From Oopsacas minuta (lineage: Eukaryota > Animalia > Porifera), in the NCBI GenBank assembly GCA_024704765.1, contig JAKMXF010000321.1, positions 930,001 through 994,000 on the forward strand: a stretch of DNA of 64,000 nucleotides, read 5' to 3'. Shown one piece after another: positions 32,240 to 44,100 of this stretch (the stretch's first letter is position 1; each line of letters begins with the position of its first letter). A program made the position numbers and the translations under genes. The notes below the pieces were generated by a model. That model did not search any database and was not told the DNA's origin. It was given only the letters and a program-made list of their open reading frames with translations.

Positions 32240-34606
32240 ATGTACATGATAGATATGAGGGGGCTAAGAGAAGTACTACTCCTCATCTTGCTGAACATCA
32301 CGTGGCTAACATTAGTCAATGGCGTTTGTCAATCTTCAGAACTTAGAAATGGAAGGAGCCGCTGCATAGTCGAGTGTGGTTGGGGACAAAGAGTGTGCGA
32401 GTGTGCTGTTGGATACGAGGAATGCGAATTTACAATGATTGTACAGGAAATGAAGACATTCACTAGTTATCAAGTGCTTGGAGTAAAACCTGACCAAATC
32501 CTAGGGACGGCAGCAAGCGTATACAATCTGGACAATGTCACAGGAGAAGCCATACCGGTGATACAGAATTCTGTTTGCAGCGATTACACAAATACTACAG
32601 AAGTCTTTTGTTTGGAGCCGAACTGGGTAGATGGCAAGAATTATAAAGTGCTGCCATTATTGAATGGTGTGGTTCCAGGTCCGACCATCATCGTGAATGA
32701 AGGATCTACCGTGATTGCACATATAAATAACCAACTAACAAATGATGCGACAAGTATTCATTGGCATGGACTGCTACAGTTCAATACTCCATTCATGGAT
32801 GGAGTAGGAGAAATCACACAATGTCCAATCGAACCAGCAACAACTTTCACTCACGCGTTTATTACCACAGTGCCAGGATCTTATTGGTACCATTCACATA
32901 CTGGTACTCAGAGGGCAGACGGGATATTCGGGGGTTTAGTCGTGAGAGAGAACGGTGATTCAACAACACAAGCAAGGAATGCTTTTGAAAGCTATGGTAT
33001 AGGAACGTTTCTAGATTATCCAGATAGGCACACAATTGTGGTGAGTGATTGGTTCGAAGGGACCAGCTTAAATGATTTCGTTCAATTTGAAGGTGGTTTA
33101 GGATTTCATCCAAGTATTCCAATACAAGATGTGCCAACGAGAAACGATCCCACATTTGAAGAGACCCAGTACTATGATGGTGGAGGTGGAGCGATAATTC
33201 CATTTTATTCCGCACTAATCAACGGATTAGGAAAGCATGAGTCGGTAGCATATGTAGCAAGCAGGTTATCTGAGTTCAGAGTAGAACAAGGGAATATGTA
33301 TAGATTCAGGCTAGTCGGGGCTCAGTCAGAGATACTACTCAGATTTTCGATAGATGGACATAATCTCACTACCATTGCTACGGATGCATACTTTATAGAA
33401 CCCATCGAGGATGTCAATTACATCATATTGCATTCTGGAGAGAGATACGATTTTCTTTTGAACGCCAATGCAGTCATTGGTAATTACATAATGCGATTAG
33501 AAACTATGGAAGCAGACGCTAATTGTTTTAACGATGCGCCATTTGCCTCTCTCAACCATTACACAGAAGCGATCCTCCATTACGAGACTGCAGAATACGA
33601 TAATGGAATACCATCTACGGCATATCAGGCTATAAGTGAAAGCTCTCCGCAGAGGGATTGTACAGTAGGACCTAGATGTAGAGCAGTGAACTGTCCTTTT
33701 GAGAATTTCCATCCTTCTTACGGAATAGATTGCATAAATGTTGGTAGCTTCCAACTCCTGATAGATACACCACCTAGTGAACTACCTGAAGCATATGCGT
33801 CTGACCCCAGTCAACTCTTCTTCTTGAATTTCAACTTTGAAGGGCCTAGCTTTCAAGCTTCAATCAATGGAAGGAGTTTTGTTCTCCCGCCCTACCCACC
33901 TCAAACTAATGATTTGCTGTTCAATGAATATTCAGACGTTTGTAATAATTTTGCAGATTGTAGCATTCATCCTTCTGACCAGTTTAGTTGCGATTGTACA
34001 CACGTTCTTACTTTCGATTTTAATAAAACAGTTCAGATTGTGGTCAGCGCTGTTGGAGAATTTCTTAGCGCACATCCTCTACACATACATGGGCACACCT
34101 ACCATGTAGTGAAGGTAGGATATCCAACGTATTATGAGAACAACGGATATGCAGCGGTTCCTAACCCAGACATTGATTGTGGACAAGGTCCTCAGCAGAC
34201 GACTCAAGCCAGGAGCTGTGGAGCCTATAACTTTTCATGTACAAATCCTTCTTGGAGCGAACCAAGCCCTATTCTGACCATAAACTCGAAAACGCCTCGC
34301 AAAGATGTCATAATTGTACCGACAGGTGGTTACGTGGTTGTCAACCTAATCTCGGATAATCCAGGTTGGTGGTTTGCACATTGCCATATAGAGCCACATC
34401 AACTTAACGGGATGGCTCTGGTAATTAATGAGGCTCCAGGTTATCAGAATCCAGCACCAGAAGAGTTGGTCAATTGTCAGGATTACATATTCAACTCGGA
34501 GGAATTCTATGAACTAATCGCCTTCAACCCGAATCAAGCTGGAACTATCCAAGTCAGCATAATTTTGCTGCTAATGTCGATGCTAGCCTTATTGATAGTT
34601 TTCTAA
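32240..34606 (+). CDS. Laccase-type three-domain multicopper oxidase, secreted, probably GPI-anchored
   Basis: Intronless 788 aa. Signal peptide, N-terminal Cys-rich segment, and all four Cu motifs: HWHG, WYHSH, HPLHIHGH, HCHIEPHQLNGM (Met at the T1 axial position). Hydrophobic C-terminus with no cytoplasmic tail. Confidence 0.95.
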   Translation: MYMIDMRGLREVLLLILLNITWLTLVNGVCQSSELRNGRSRCIVECGWGQRVCECAVGYEECEFTMIVQEMKTFTSYQVLGVKPDQILGTAASVYNLDNVTGEAIPVIQNSVCSDYTNTTEVFCLEPNWVDGKNYKVLPLLNGVVPGPTIIVNEGSTVIAHINNQLTNDATSIHWHGLLQFNTPFMDGVGEITQCPIEPATTFTHAFITTVPGSYWYHSHTGTQRADGIFGGLVVRENGDSTTQARNAFESYGIGTFLDYPDRHTIVVSDWFEGTSLNDFVQFEGGLGFHPSIPIQDVPTRNDPTFEETQYYDGGGGAIIPFYSALINGLGKHESVAYVASRLSEFRVEQGNMYRFRLVGAQSEILLRFSIDGHNLTTIATDAYFIEPIEDVNYIILHSGERYDFLLNANAVIGNYIMRLETMEADANCFNDAPFASLNHYTEAILHYETAEYDNGIPSTAYQAISESSPQRDCTVGPRCRAVNCPFENFHPSYGIDCINVGSFQLLIDTPPSELPEAYASDPSQLFFLNFNFEGPSFQASINGRSFVLPPYPPQTNDLLFNEYSDVCNNFADCSIHPSDQFSCDCTHVLTFDFNKTVQIVVSAVGEFLSAHPLHIHGHTYHVVKVGYPTYYENNGYAAVPNPDIDCGQGPQQTTQARSCGAYNFSCTNPSWSEPSPILTINSKTPRKDVIIVPTGGYVVVNLISDNPGWWFAHCHIEPHQLNGMALVINEAPGYQNPAPEELVNCQDYIFNSEEFYELIAFNPNQAGTIQVSIILLLMSMLALLIVF

Positions 34607-35778
34607 ACTTTTTTCAACTCTTTAACGGATTGTTACTACCCCCTATATTCAATTGTGTGCTAATTAGATACTTTATCTCATTATGTTAGATAAGAGGTTC
34701 AGGAATGTATTTTCTCAATATATTTATCTTTTCTATATTGAACTACAAGTGTGTGTCATTCACTACCAGACCTATTTGATAACAATAATCTCTTACTACA
34801 GGGGGGGGACTAGGCGCATAAATTCACTATGTGGAATTGTACAAGTTCATTTAACCCTGCTTAACAAAATGAGGCCGGAAAATGTGTGATTTTATGACTT
34901 CAAAAAGGTGCCAAAATCTCATTTTGGTGAGAGAATTTGTTAAAATGAAATGATAAATTTCTGGTTAAGACGAACAGAATTTTCCATAATTTTAGTCCGT
35001 ACAATGGTTATTCAATTGTTTTTACTGCGGTTAATACGTACTCCGGATAAGGAGTACAAATCTCGACGGTCCCTTGGTGCACGTATTAACGAAGTTCTAC
35101 TGTAACTCAAACATTTTCTTGTGACCAACTGATAACTCATTCAATAACTGAGTTGTTGATAATCAACTAATTTTCATTGTGCTGACAATGTTATAAATTT
35201 ATACTTAATCGAATAACCTTTTTGCAACCATTGGCAATATTTTCACAATTTCGTATGCATGGATAAAAGGTTTGCTATGAACTTAGGTTTCAACAATTTG
35301 TGATAGGTTATTGGGTGCGTAGAGGCCGATTCTGATATTTTCATAGCTTGAATTTGACTCACATATCTATAGAATTATATTCCTAATATTATCTTTTTAA
35401 TCAAAGTAACGTGTGTATGTGTGTGTCCTCACATCTCAGAGAAGGGTGAACAGAATTGAAATAAATTTTGTGTGTCATATAAGCATAGTTGTCAAGCTTC
35501 ACGGATTCAAAGTGAGACCCAAGTATTTGAACTCAATCTCATTTTCATTTCCACTTTCTCATTTTAAGTTTTACGTGGGAAATTGAAATGATCAGAGTGA
35601 TTCATAACGAAATGAACAAAATGCGCCATATTGGTGGGTTGATATCCTATTTGCCATCCATTTCATTTCAAAACTAGCTTCAACTGATCTTATAGATATT
35701 TACAAAAGTTGACAACTATGTACAGGTGTTGGACAGACACTTCGAATGAGGAGAATTTAAGAGATAGATTACCAAACA

Positions 35779-35920
35779 AATTATGCCAGAATTATGCCAG
35801 AAAATAACTCAATTTATGCCAGAATTATGCTAGAATTATGCCAGAATTATGCCAGAATTATGCCAGAATTATGCCAGAATTATGCTAGAATTATGTATAA
35901 TTTATGCATGAATTATGCCA
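35779..35920 (+). repeat. 11-bp tandem array (AATTATGCCAG)n
   Basis: About 11 units with CCAG/CTAG variants; degenerate echo at about 36090-36140. Confidence 0.9.
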
Positions 35921-38573
35921 TAAACTAGATTTACGCTAAAGTAAAGTCACACTGGGTACAATTATGAGAGATTTGTTTATTTAGCAATACTGTCAATATG
36001 TGCAAATTGTATATTACCATGTAACAAGCTATACCAGCAGATGTTGATAATAATCATAATATATTATCTAAAACACTATGCAAAATACTAATTATGCTAG
36101 ATATATGCCAGAATATTCATTATGCTATAATTATGCTAGAAAAGCTGTAATGGCAACAATGGGTGGGGAAAGATGATGTCATGCGCACCCCACCCTATAC
36201 TTGTAAATTTTCACTACACAGTGGAAGCCGCTTAATCGAGACAAGTTAGGAGTCAATGTTCCTTCCCAATTAGCTAACATTTGATTCATATGGTATATGT
36301 TATGTCGAATTTGAAGAATCGACATTTAAATATAAATTTTGGAAATTCACCATCTTTAGAGTTCCGAATAATTGGCCCCCGGCTCTCCCCAGATTATTAA
36401 ATTTCAAACATAGACTCGAAATCTTCAATCATCCACATCATTTTACTGGTTGTTTTCATGAACTATCTGGCTTCTATGGAATATCCGTACATCTATTTCA
36501 ATAATGCTTTCGTATGATGTTATAAGATTATGTTATCTACTATCTGATATCAAATCTTAAGAGGATTCTACTACCGTAACATACGTATAACAACTAATGA
36601 ATAATTAACAGTACCACCTCTTAGACAATTTAATTAACGAGTTTCTATATAACCAAAGTTAATATACATTTCAAAGATAAAAGAGCAGGTGGTGTATTGA
36701 TTAAATTATGGCAGATAATGGATAACGCATCATGTCTACATTTGCAAAAAACTACTATTATTTCAAGCCTAAAACAAATGAACTAATAGCAAATAGATAT
36801 ATTTAACATAAGGAATTTATCATTGTTGCAACTGGTGTAAGCCAAATGTGTTTCAAGGAGGGCGTCCCGGGGATTATCATGCCAGGGAGCAAACGCCACT
36901 GGTTTCAGTATTCAATGGGTAATTTGACTGTTAGAGTAATATGTGTTTTTGTGAATCATATTCAGCCTAATTCTGGGGAAAATTTTAAGTTCAGCTTTTG
37001 GCCCGTAAAATTTGAACTTAGTATTGGCTCGTGATAATAATTAGCTCTTCTTTTCTCTGGTTGCCAAATTTCGAATGCTTCTTCACAATGCTCATGATTT
37101 CATTTTTCTGTGTCAAGAGCTTTTTGGTATGTTATATGCTACTCCCAAGATGCGTTATGTAATGTTTGTGTGCAAACTTCTTGAAAATCACCAGGTCGCA
37201 AATGCAACGTTTTTCTCAGTATGTTATGTTTCACAAGTCTGGATTTTCACATTCCACACAACCGTTGTGATAGTGCAAGTATACACCCTGTCTGTAATGG
37301 AAATATACAGAGGTAATGATTTAGAAGGAATGATAAATATTCTGGATAGTGATGAGGATTAGTGATGTTTTCTAGAGGGCAATTATTAACCTCCACACCT
37401 TTTATAACTTCGTTTCAACAATGATAAAAAGGAGATTATTCGCGGAGTGTGGCAGAATCATATCTTCATTCGTTTGGAATCATTATCAAATAACAAAGTA
37501 AGTCAAGTATGCCGTTTCGAATGGCACTGCGCTAATCTGTTCTGATATAGTCTAAAACAGAAAATTCAAAGCAAAAGTCGGCTCGAAATCGGAATCGGAC
37601 TCTACTTACCCAATTACCCCTGACAACCTAATCTCTAAGACGAATTTGAATTTACAAAGAAAGGTGAGAAATCATGATTAATCACCAAAAGGTGTGGATA
37701 ATCACTTTAGAAAAATTCATACCCAAGGAGCATATCTTTGACCCAAAATGTATATGTCCAATTTTAGTGTAAATCTGGGTTTGCATGATCTTTCTTAAGC
37801 CAGGATATTCAAGGGGTTGGAAAATATTTACGTAAACTAAATTCACACAACTCTGGGATCTTAACAGATATATTAGTAGCACAATAATTGCTAATTTAAT
37901 CAGAATATCAGGTAAAACACCCAATGAATTTATTGGCAATATCTTAATCATTACCAGAGGGAAAACACTCGAAGTTATGTATCATGTGACATCTTCTTCA
38001 CCTTCAAGAAAAGCTCTCGGAAATTACAGGAGGCTAGTTGGTCTCTGTAGTAATCTGCTATAGCTTTTTCAAGCTGTTTAGGGTAATTATTACAACAAGC
38101 TCGGTAGTTTTGGCGGTCAATTTCAATCACATATTGTAACCATTTCCATTCATAACGCCGTTTTCTCCGTTAACCATGGTATGTGAGTGCGAAGGGTAAC
38201 CATTCGTACAAATTTTGGTGCATGATTTTCAAGAAGCTCAGATAGAATATTATAATACTGCTCAGTTAGATTATCAAGATCACTTAGAGGATCATCTAAA
38301 ATGGGGACTTTCGAATATCATCCCTGAACAATTCAACTTTATCATTTCGTTATTTCCTGGAGGTATCTAAGACATTTGAAAAGATGGTTTAAATAGTTTT
38401 CTAGATTTTACCTAATTCCCACGAATATCGAGTCAGAGAAAGGATATGTTTTGACAAAACATATGCCATCCATGGTCTGTGTTATAAGTCAGAAACGTGC
38501 GAACTTTGTGATGATAAATTATATATATTTCGTGCAAAAACGACATTAGATCATCTTGTATTTTAATATAATA

Positions 38574-39205
38574 CAGTGGAACCTGCATAAACCAACACAT
38601 GCATAAGCCGAAGACTTCTACAAGAGTTGTCCTAAAATTCTTAACCGATTTGTGATAAAAGGAATACGTATACATTATAAGTAAATTCGAAACCAGTTTT
38701 TCTTTATCGGTATTCAAACAAATGCTATAGTCGCGCTAAATTCAAGGTATAACATTAATACGAAAATAGAATCTCAACATATCAATTGTTACAGAGGCTG
38801 TAATGAATGTCTGTAACAAAATAACTAGGTATTGATTGCAGTCATTTTGTTACGAAACAGTACTATGAAACTAGGTAAATTACAAGGTTGAAACCGATAG
38901 GACCGAATATCAGTATTCATGAATAGTTGCTTTACCGAATACTGATAATATTCGGTTACATCAACCGAATACCGAATTCTGATATTCGCTTGGCAACCAA
39001 ATATTGAACTATTCGGTTGCAACCTTGGTAAATTGATACATCAATTTGGTAAAAACTTTTTTGGACAGCCCTTGTATAATCCGACAGTGTTTCTGTTCCG
39101 AAATAGCATCCGAAAATACAACTTCACCTGTGTAATCCGACAATTTGCTATACCGGCAAAATTTTCATGTCACAACGCAAGTGTCGGTTTATACAGGTTC
39201 CACTG
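38574..39205. mobile_element. Tigger-like non-autonomous element containing a nested MITE
   Basis: TIR CAGTGGAACCTGCATAAACCAACAC versus CAGTGGAACCTGTATAAACCGACAC (23/25), TA on both flanks. Confidence 0.8.
38883..39027. mobile_element. MITE family A, copy 2 (nested)
   Basis: CAAGGTTGAAACC...GGTTGCAACCTTG; flanks GTAAATTA / GTAAATTG (7/8). Confidence 0.8.
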
Positions 39206-41178
39206 TATTAATGATTATACTTGGAGGTATATAGATTGAATATGCTATTCGGCAACCAAAGACAACCACTATAATACGGAAAGGCAATTGTACTGGCTAT
39301 TTCTTCAGGATAAATGATTGTTGAAAGGAGTAAGGTACAGTCGAAACCGGTTTTTCTTACACCAGGGGTTCCTTACTTTATGTTGATGCTGAGATTATAA
39401 AGAATGTTGGATATAGATTCATTTCCCATCGTTTGTTCTTACCTTTAATAAGACGCTGGAATTAGACCAAATGAATATAGGATTTTGACCCAAAATATGT
39501 GAGTAGGAAGTAGAAAAAAATATTAAATCGGAATATATTGACCAAATTCGTGAAGAAGGGATCTTAACTAATACGATCAAAAGTCCTTCCCTTCACAGAA
39601 TATCGCCTCAAATACATCATCCAACAACCAGGGATAGCAGAATGCTGCCTACAAAGTGTAGGTCAAGATAGACACTAATTCGAAGGTATAATTCCCACCC
39701 TCTATTATAATACTGTATTAATATGCCAAATACCACATCAACGCCATATAAATATTAAACTAATTCGATAAAATTCCTTCACCTCACAATATCGCGTGAA
39801 AATTTCACAGCATTAAGCGTTCCTCAAATTCGGTGGGGGCTCTCGCTCCGCGCTCCAGGCCATAAAATGGAGCACGCTCCAGATAAAATGAAGCGCGCTC
39901 CTATTTCCTTTCTAGATCAGGGTAAGAACAAATTTTTAAGTGTAAATGCCAAAAGTAAGATTCTGAGGATCGAATTGTATACTCTACGAGTATAACCTAC
40001 AGAGTATTAAAGGCGGCTGATACGTAGTTGTAGTCAAAATACAATAAGCGGAAACCCAGACAAGTCAATCGTAGATACATGCAAGGATATATAATTATTT
40101 TTACTATAATGCATGCACTCTATGCTATACACCAGTTTGTCGTATTCGATTTGATAGTAACGTGAGTATGGGCTAGGAAGTGAAATGAGAGAAAACAACC
40201 TGACCTAAGAGATAAGTTCAGTTATGACCAGAGCTAGAGGCCAAATACACTAATCAAAAATTCAAAATTGGTCTGTTAACTCATTCTTCAACCGACCCCA
40301 CCTATTCCGGCAGTAGACGGATTTTGCTATTAGACGAATAGTTAATAGGCAGTGGCTGCTATACTTACCAGGGTTGTAGTGGGTAAGGGAATTCCCAAGT
40401 ATTCAGTCTTAGCAAGGCGCATTCTCTTGAGATTCATGAATGAAATCATTTTGCAGGGTTTGCGTCGGAATGGGAATCATTTTCATTCTATGGTAATTCC
40501 TATATGGGAAAACCTAGAATACCCAGTGAAAATTGTGAACAATGCAAACAAGGGATTATCTAGAAGTGCCGGACATCCCTTAGGCACGTTATTTTTGATC
40601 AATTTTATTTAGGAGTGTGAGAATTGAGGATTTTTCCCTAACACTAATTTTCGGATATAGGCGTATGAAATTCGGAAGGAGAACAAGGAGCGTCTTCGGA
40701 AAACCCTGTATAATTATCCCCTTGAATACAACCGATAAGAAAAAAAATTGAAATTAAATATTATATTTTATAAGCAACATTCTGATGCCTAAATGGTAAA
40801 GATTCCTTGAGTCATATTTATTTATTCAATGATAAATTATAAAATGCTATCAAAATTGGACAATTCATGTAATTTCGAGAATGTCAAAGTGATTACTGAT
40901 AATGCACAAATAAATGAGAAATCATCACCTCCCTATTTTGGGAGGACCATAATACTATCCGGAGTTCCGGACAGATTTTCAAAATATAAATATTTTTCGA
41001 AACACATGCACCTGGTTAATAGACTTGAAGTAATCCATGGTTCAGGAAAATATGGCAAGTGGATAGGCTATATTTACGCAAGCTGTGGACTTTTCAAGGA
41101 ATTTTAAGATGATATATATATATATGAAATACTACTAATGACAAAAATATATTGAAAATACTATGACTGGATAAGTCC

Positions 41179-44100
41179 CTACTCAAGTGAAGAAGCGAAT
41201 ATCTGCTTAAGGATATTAGGCACATCTCTAGTGTCCATACATACATACGCTTTCCCAACTGGGAGTCTATTCTTTAATATCATCGCCTGGTCTCCTAATG
41301 ATCCAATGAAAATGACGAATGCATTAACTCTTGGCTCGCTCATGAGAACATCTCCATACTCTCCTGCATTAATACCATATCTAGTGAAGTTAGCATCACT
41401 CAGTACTACTAAGTAATTCTGTTCTCCCTCCTGTCTAGCCAGCTCCCTCACAGCTCTCTGAGTAGCCTCTAAGGTAGTATCTCCACTCCAACAGTACTGG
41501 GAGTGAGCTAGCATCTTCTTCAACACCAATAATCTCTCATTCTCATTCGCAGGAACAGAATTATCAGCAACAAACTCTATTCTTGAGTCATCTCCAGAAT
41601 GTCCAGTTATTTCTAGCCGTACTTTCTCTTCAAACCCTTTGAATGCATCCAAAACCATTAACACTGACTCCATACTTCTCTCCATACGTCCATCAATAGA
41701 GTTAAATCTGTACATACTCCCACTCACATCCACAACAAGTCTCATCCGTCTAGCTTCAGTATCAGGTGTTCCAGCCTCCTTCTCCTCTTCTCCTCTCCTC
41801 ACGAACACGTTCCTCTCTCCGCTGATGCTGTCCACCAGCTTGCTATCATCGAGGTCTCCAGTAGTCTGATGTCGTAACCAACCGCGCTCACTGCCTTTGT
41901 TTTGTAAGGCCGTGAGCGTCTCCCTTAGAGCAGTTATCTGTGGCTGAACCTTGCTGAGATACTGTTGATATAGAGTAGCGTCATGACTGCTCATCTCTAT
42001 CTCTTTCATTCTCTCCTTAAAAGCTTTAAGTCCCATCTCTCTAGCAGCCTGCATAACTTCATCGGGAACATTACTTTTTTCTTCATCTGATAGCTGAAAC
42101 ACGTCGTGTCCTGCATCTAGTCTATATGGGCCTCCCTTACCTCCTAGTCCAGCCGTGTCCCTCCCTCCTGTCCCTCCAGCCCAAGTGTTGCCCCCTACAT
42201 GAGGAGCATTCTTTGGATCTACACGCCCGTGCTTAGGGTACTTAACATCCTCACCACTAAACCTCTCTCTACTCACTCGCACTCTATCTCCTGTTCCTAT
42301 CCCCACCATCTCACGCCAAGCAGCAAGAGAGGCCTCCAGAGACCGGGGGGACAGTTCCAGCTGCAACACGTGGCCTAATCTATCTGTTACTATTACGTCA
42401 TCAGTATACGGAGCAGAAGCTAGCAAATAATCAGTTGTATCTTGCAAGTTTAAGTACTTGATTGCATCAAGTTTAGGTAGAGTGTACTCTGTCAGTGTGA
42501 GGTTATCCAGATCAACAGCTTCTAGTGTAGTTTCGTTAATCCCATTATTAGTGGAAATAAGATTAAGAACTGATTTGCTTTGAGACAGAATAGCAGAAGA
42601 AACTGACTCAATAGCAGGAGATGGTCTGTCATGTGTAGATATCGTGTTTCTATTAGTTTTGCATGTGCTGTAGCCAGCATATATGTTTGAATTTGAGCAG
42701 ATTAACTGAGCTGAGTCAGAAGATTGACTGTTAGTACATTTCACGTTGAAAGCAGAATTAATCAATTGAGTATTCGATGGATCAACTGAGTGTATTTTAT
42801 CAGGGAAATAAGAGTTACTGTCTCTATGCGTACATAGAAATGCATTGTTGTCACTAGTAGCTAGCCATTTCTGCTTCTTAAGTTGAATCATATAGTCAAT
42901 AGGGAAGGGGAATTGTTGTCTATGTACTAGCATTGAATCTAAGTCAAAGCAGTACATAATAGAATCTCCCTTAGTATACGAGTATATTCTATTAGCCTCT
43001 GAGCACTCAGCTATGTTAATTTCCTCCTCACTCAGATTAATTCTAAACCTGTTAGCTAAGGTAGAAACAGCTGTCTTTGTCTTTAACCATCTTCCAGAAT
43101 GATTGATAGGATCTAGCCATAACCATGTTTTGGATTCAGACTCGAATAACACTATCTGACCATTGTAAGGTTCACTCAAGGGACATAATTTGAAGTTAGG
43201 ACTCCATCCCTCTCTCCTCGTAGAAGGGTAGCAGAAGAATAGGTCAGATACTAGTAGAGAATCAGATGATAAATGTGTTTTATTATCTTCTATATTAACA
43301 GGCGATTTGTCTGCTAGCTTCATTGTGTAGAGAGTAATAGGGTTATTAGCTATCAGGTGTAAGTATTGACCAGAATTTCCATCTGTAGATGAAGCAATCT
43401 TAATGTTATTAATAGAATTCCTCTGTTCTATAGGTAGAGACCAGGAAGCTACGATCTCTGTGAATCCCTGCCCTCTGTGATAGCTCCTGGCCAGAGGATT
43501 ATTGGAGACAGGGAGAGTGAAGAGAGAGCTGGTTTTGAGAGGAGAGGGTGAAAAAGCTTGTAGAGATTGTTTCTGTTCAGATATAGACCATGTAGAGAAG
43601 TGTCTAGCTGGAGGAAGAGGCGATTGTTTAGCTAACTTCACGTTGCTAGGAGAAGCACCTAGAGGTATGCCGTGTTTGTGTAGAACCTGCATTAGCAGTT
43701 TCTGAGTATCTCTGTCGAAACTGTCAAAATCAAACACATTCCTTACCGCATTAGCTAAGCCTTCTTGAGGGAAAAGAGCGAGATGCTTAGCAATGGCTAC
43801 AGACTCTCTGGTGGAGTACGGGTACCTCAGCGTTCCCTCGTCTGCCATCGTCCTAAGTTCCTGCATCACAGCCAGCAATCTCTTGATTACTTCATTAGAT
43901 AAAGAGGGAGCGTAACTCTTGATTAGAGACAGCTCTGAATTGAAGTCTGGATTATCTACAGCGTGTGTACTGAAGAGATCGCCCATACTAGCGAAAAAGT
44001 TGTTACCCATAAAAGGAAATCCAGGCCTATTAGCCAGCACTATCATTCTAAAATCTGAATGTACAGGAATTCCGTTAGTATCTGTGTTAACAGAGCTAGA

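Noticed and set aside
35779-35920. Tandem arrays as CRISPR-like repeats (also 20990-21090 and 47120-47400)
   Set aside because: No unique spacers, no cas genes, eukaryotic context; these are minisatellite or transposon subterminal repeats.
40829-41107. 92-aa ORF convergent with VWA8 containing RTIILSGVPD
   Set aside because: Too short, no recognisable domain or splice context; cannot be supported.
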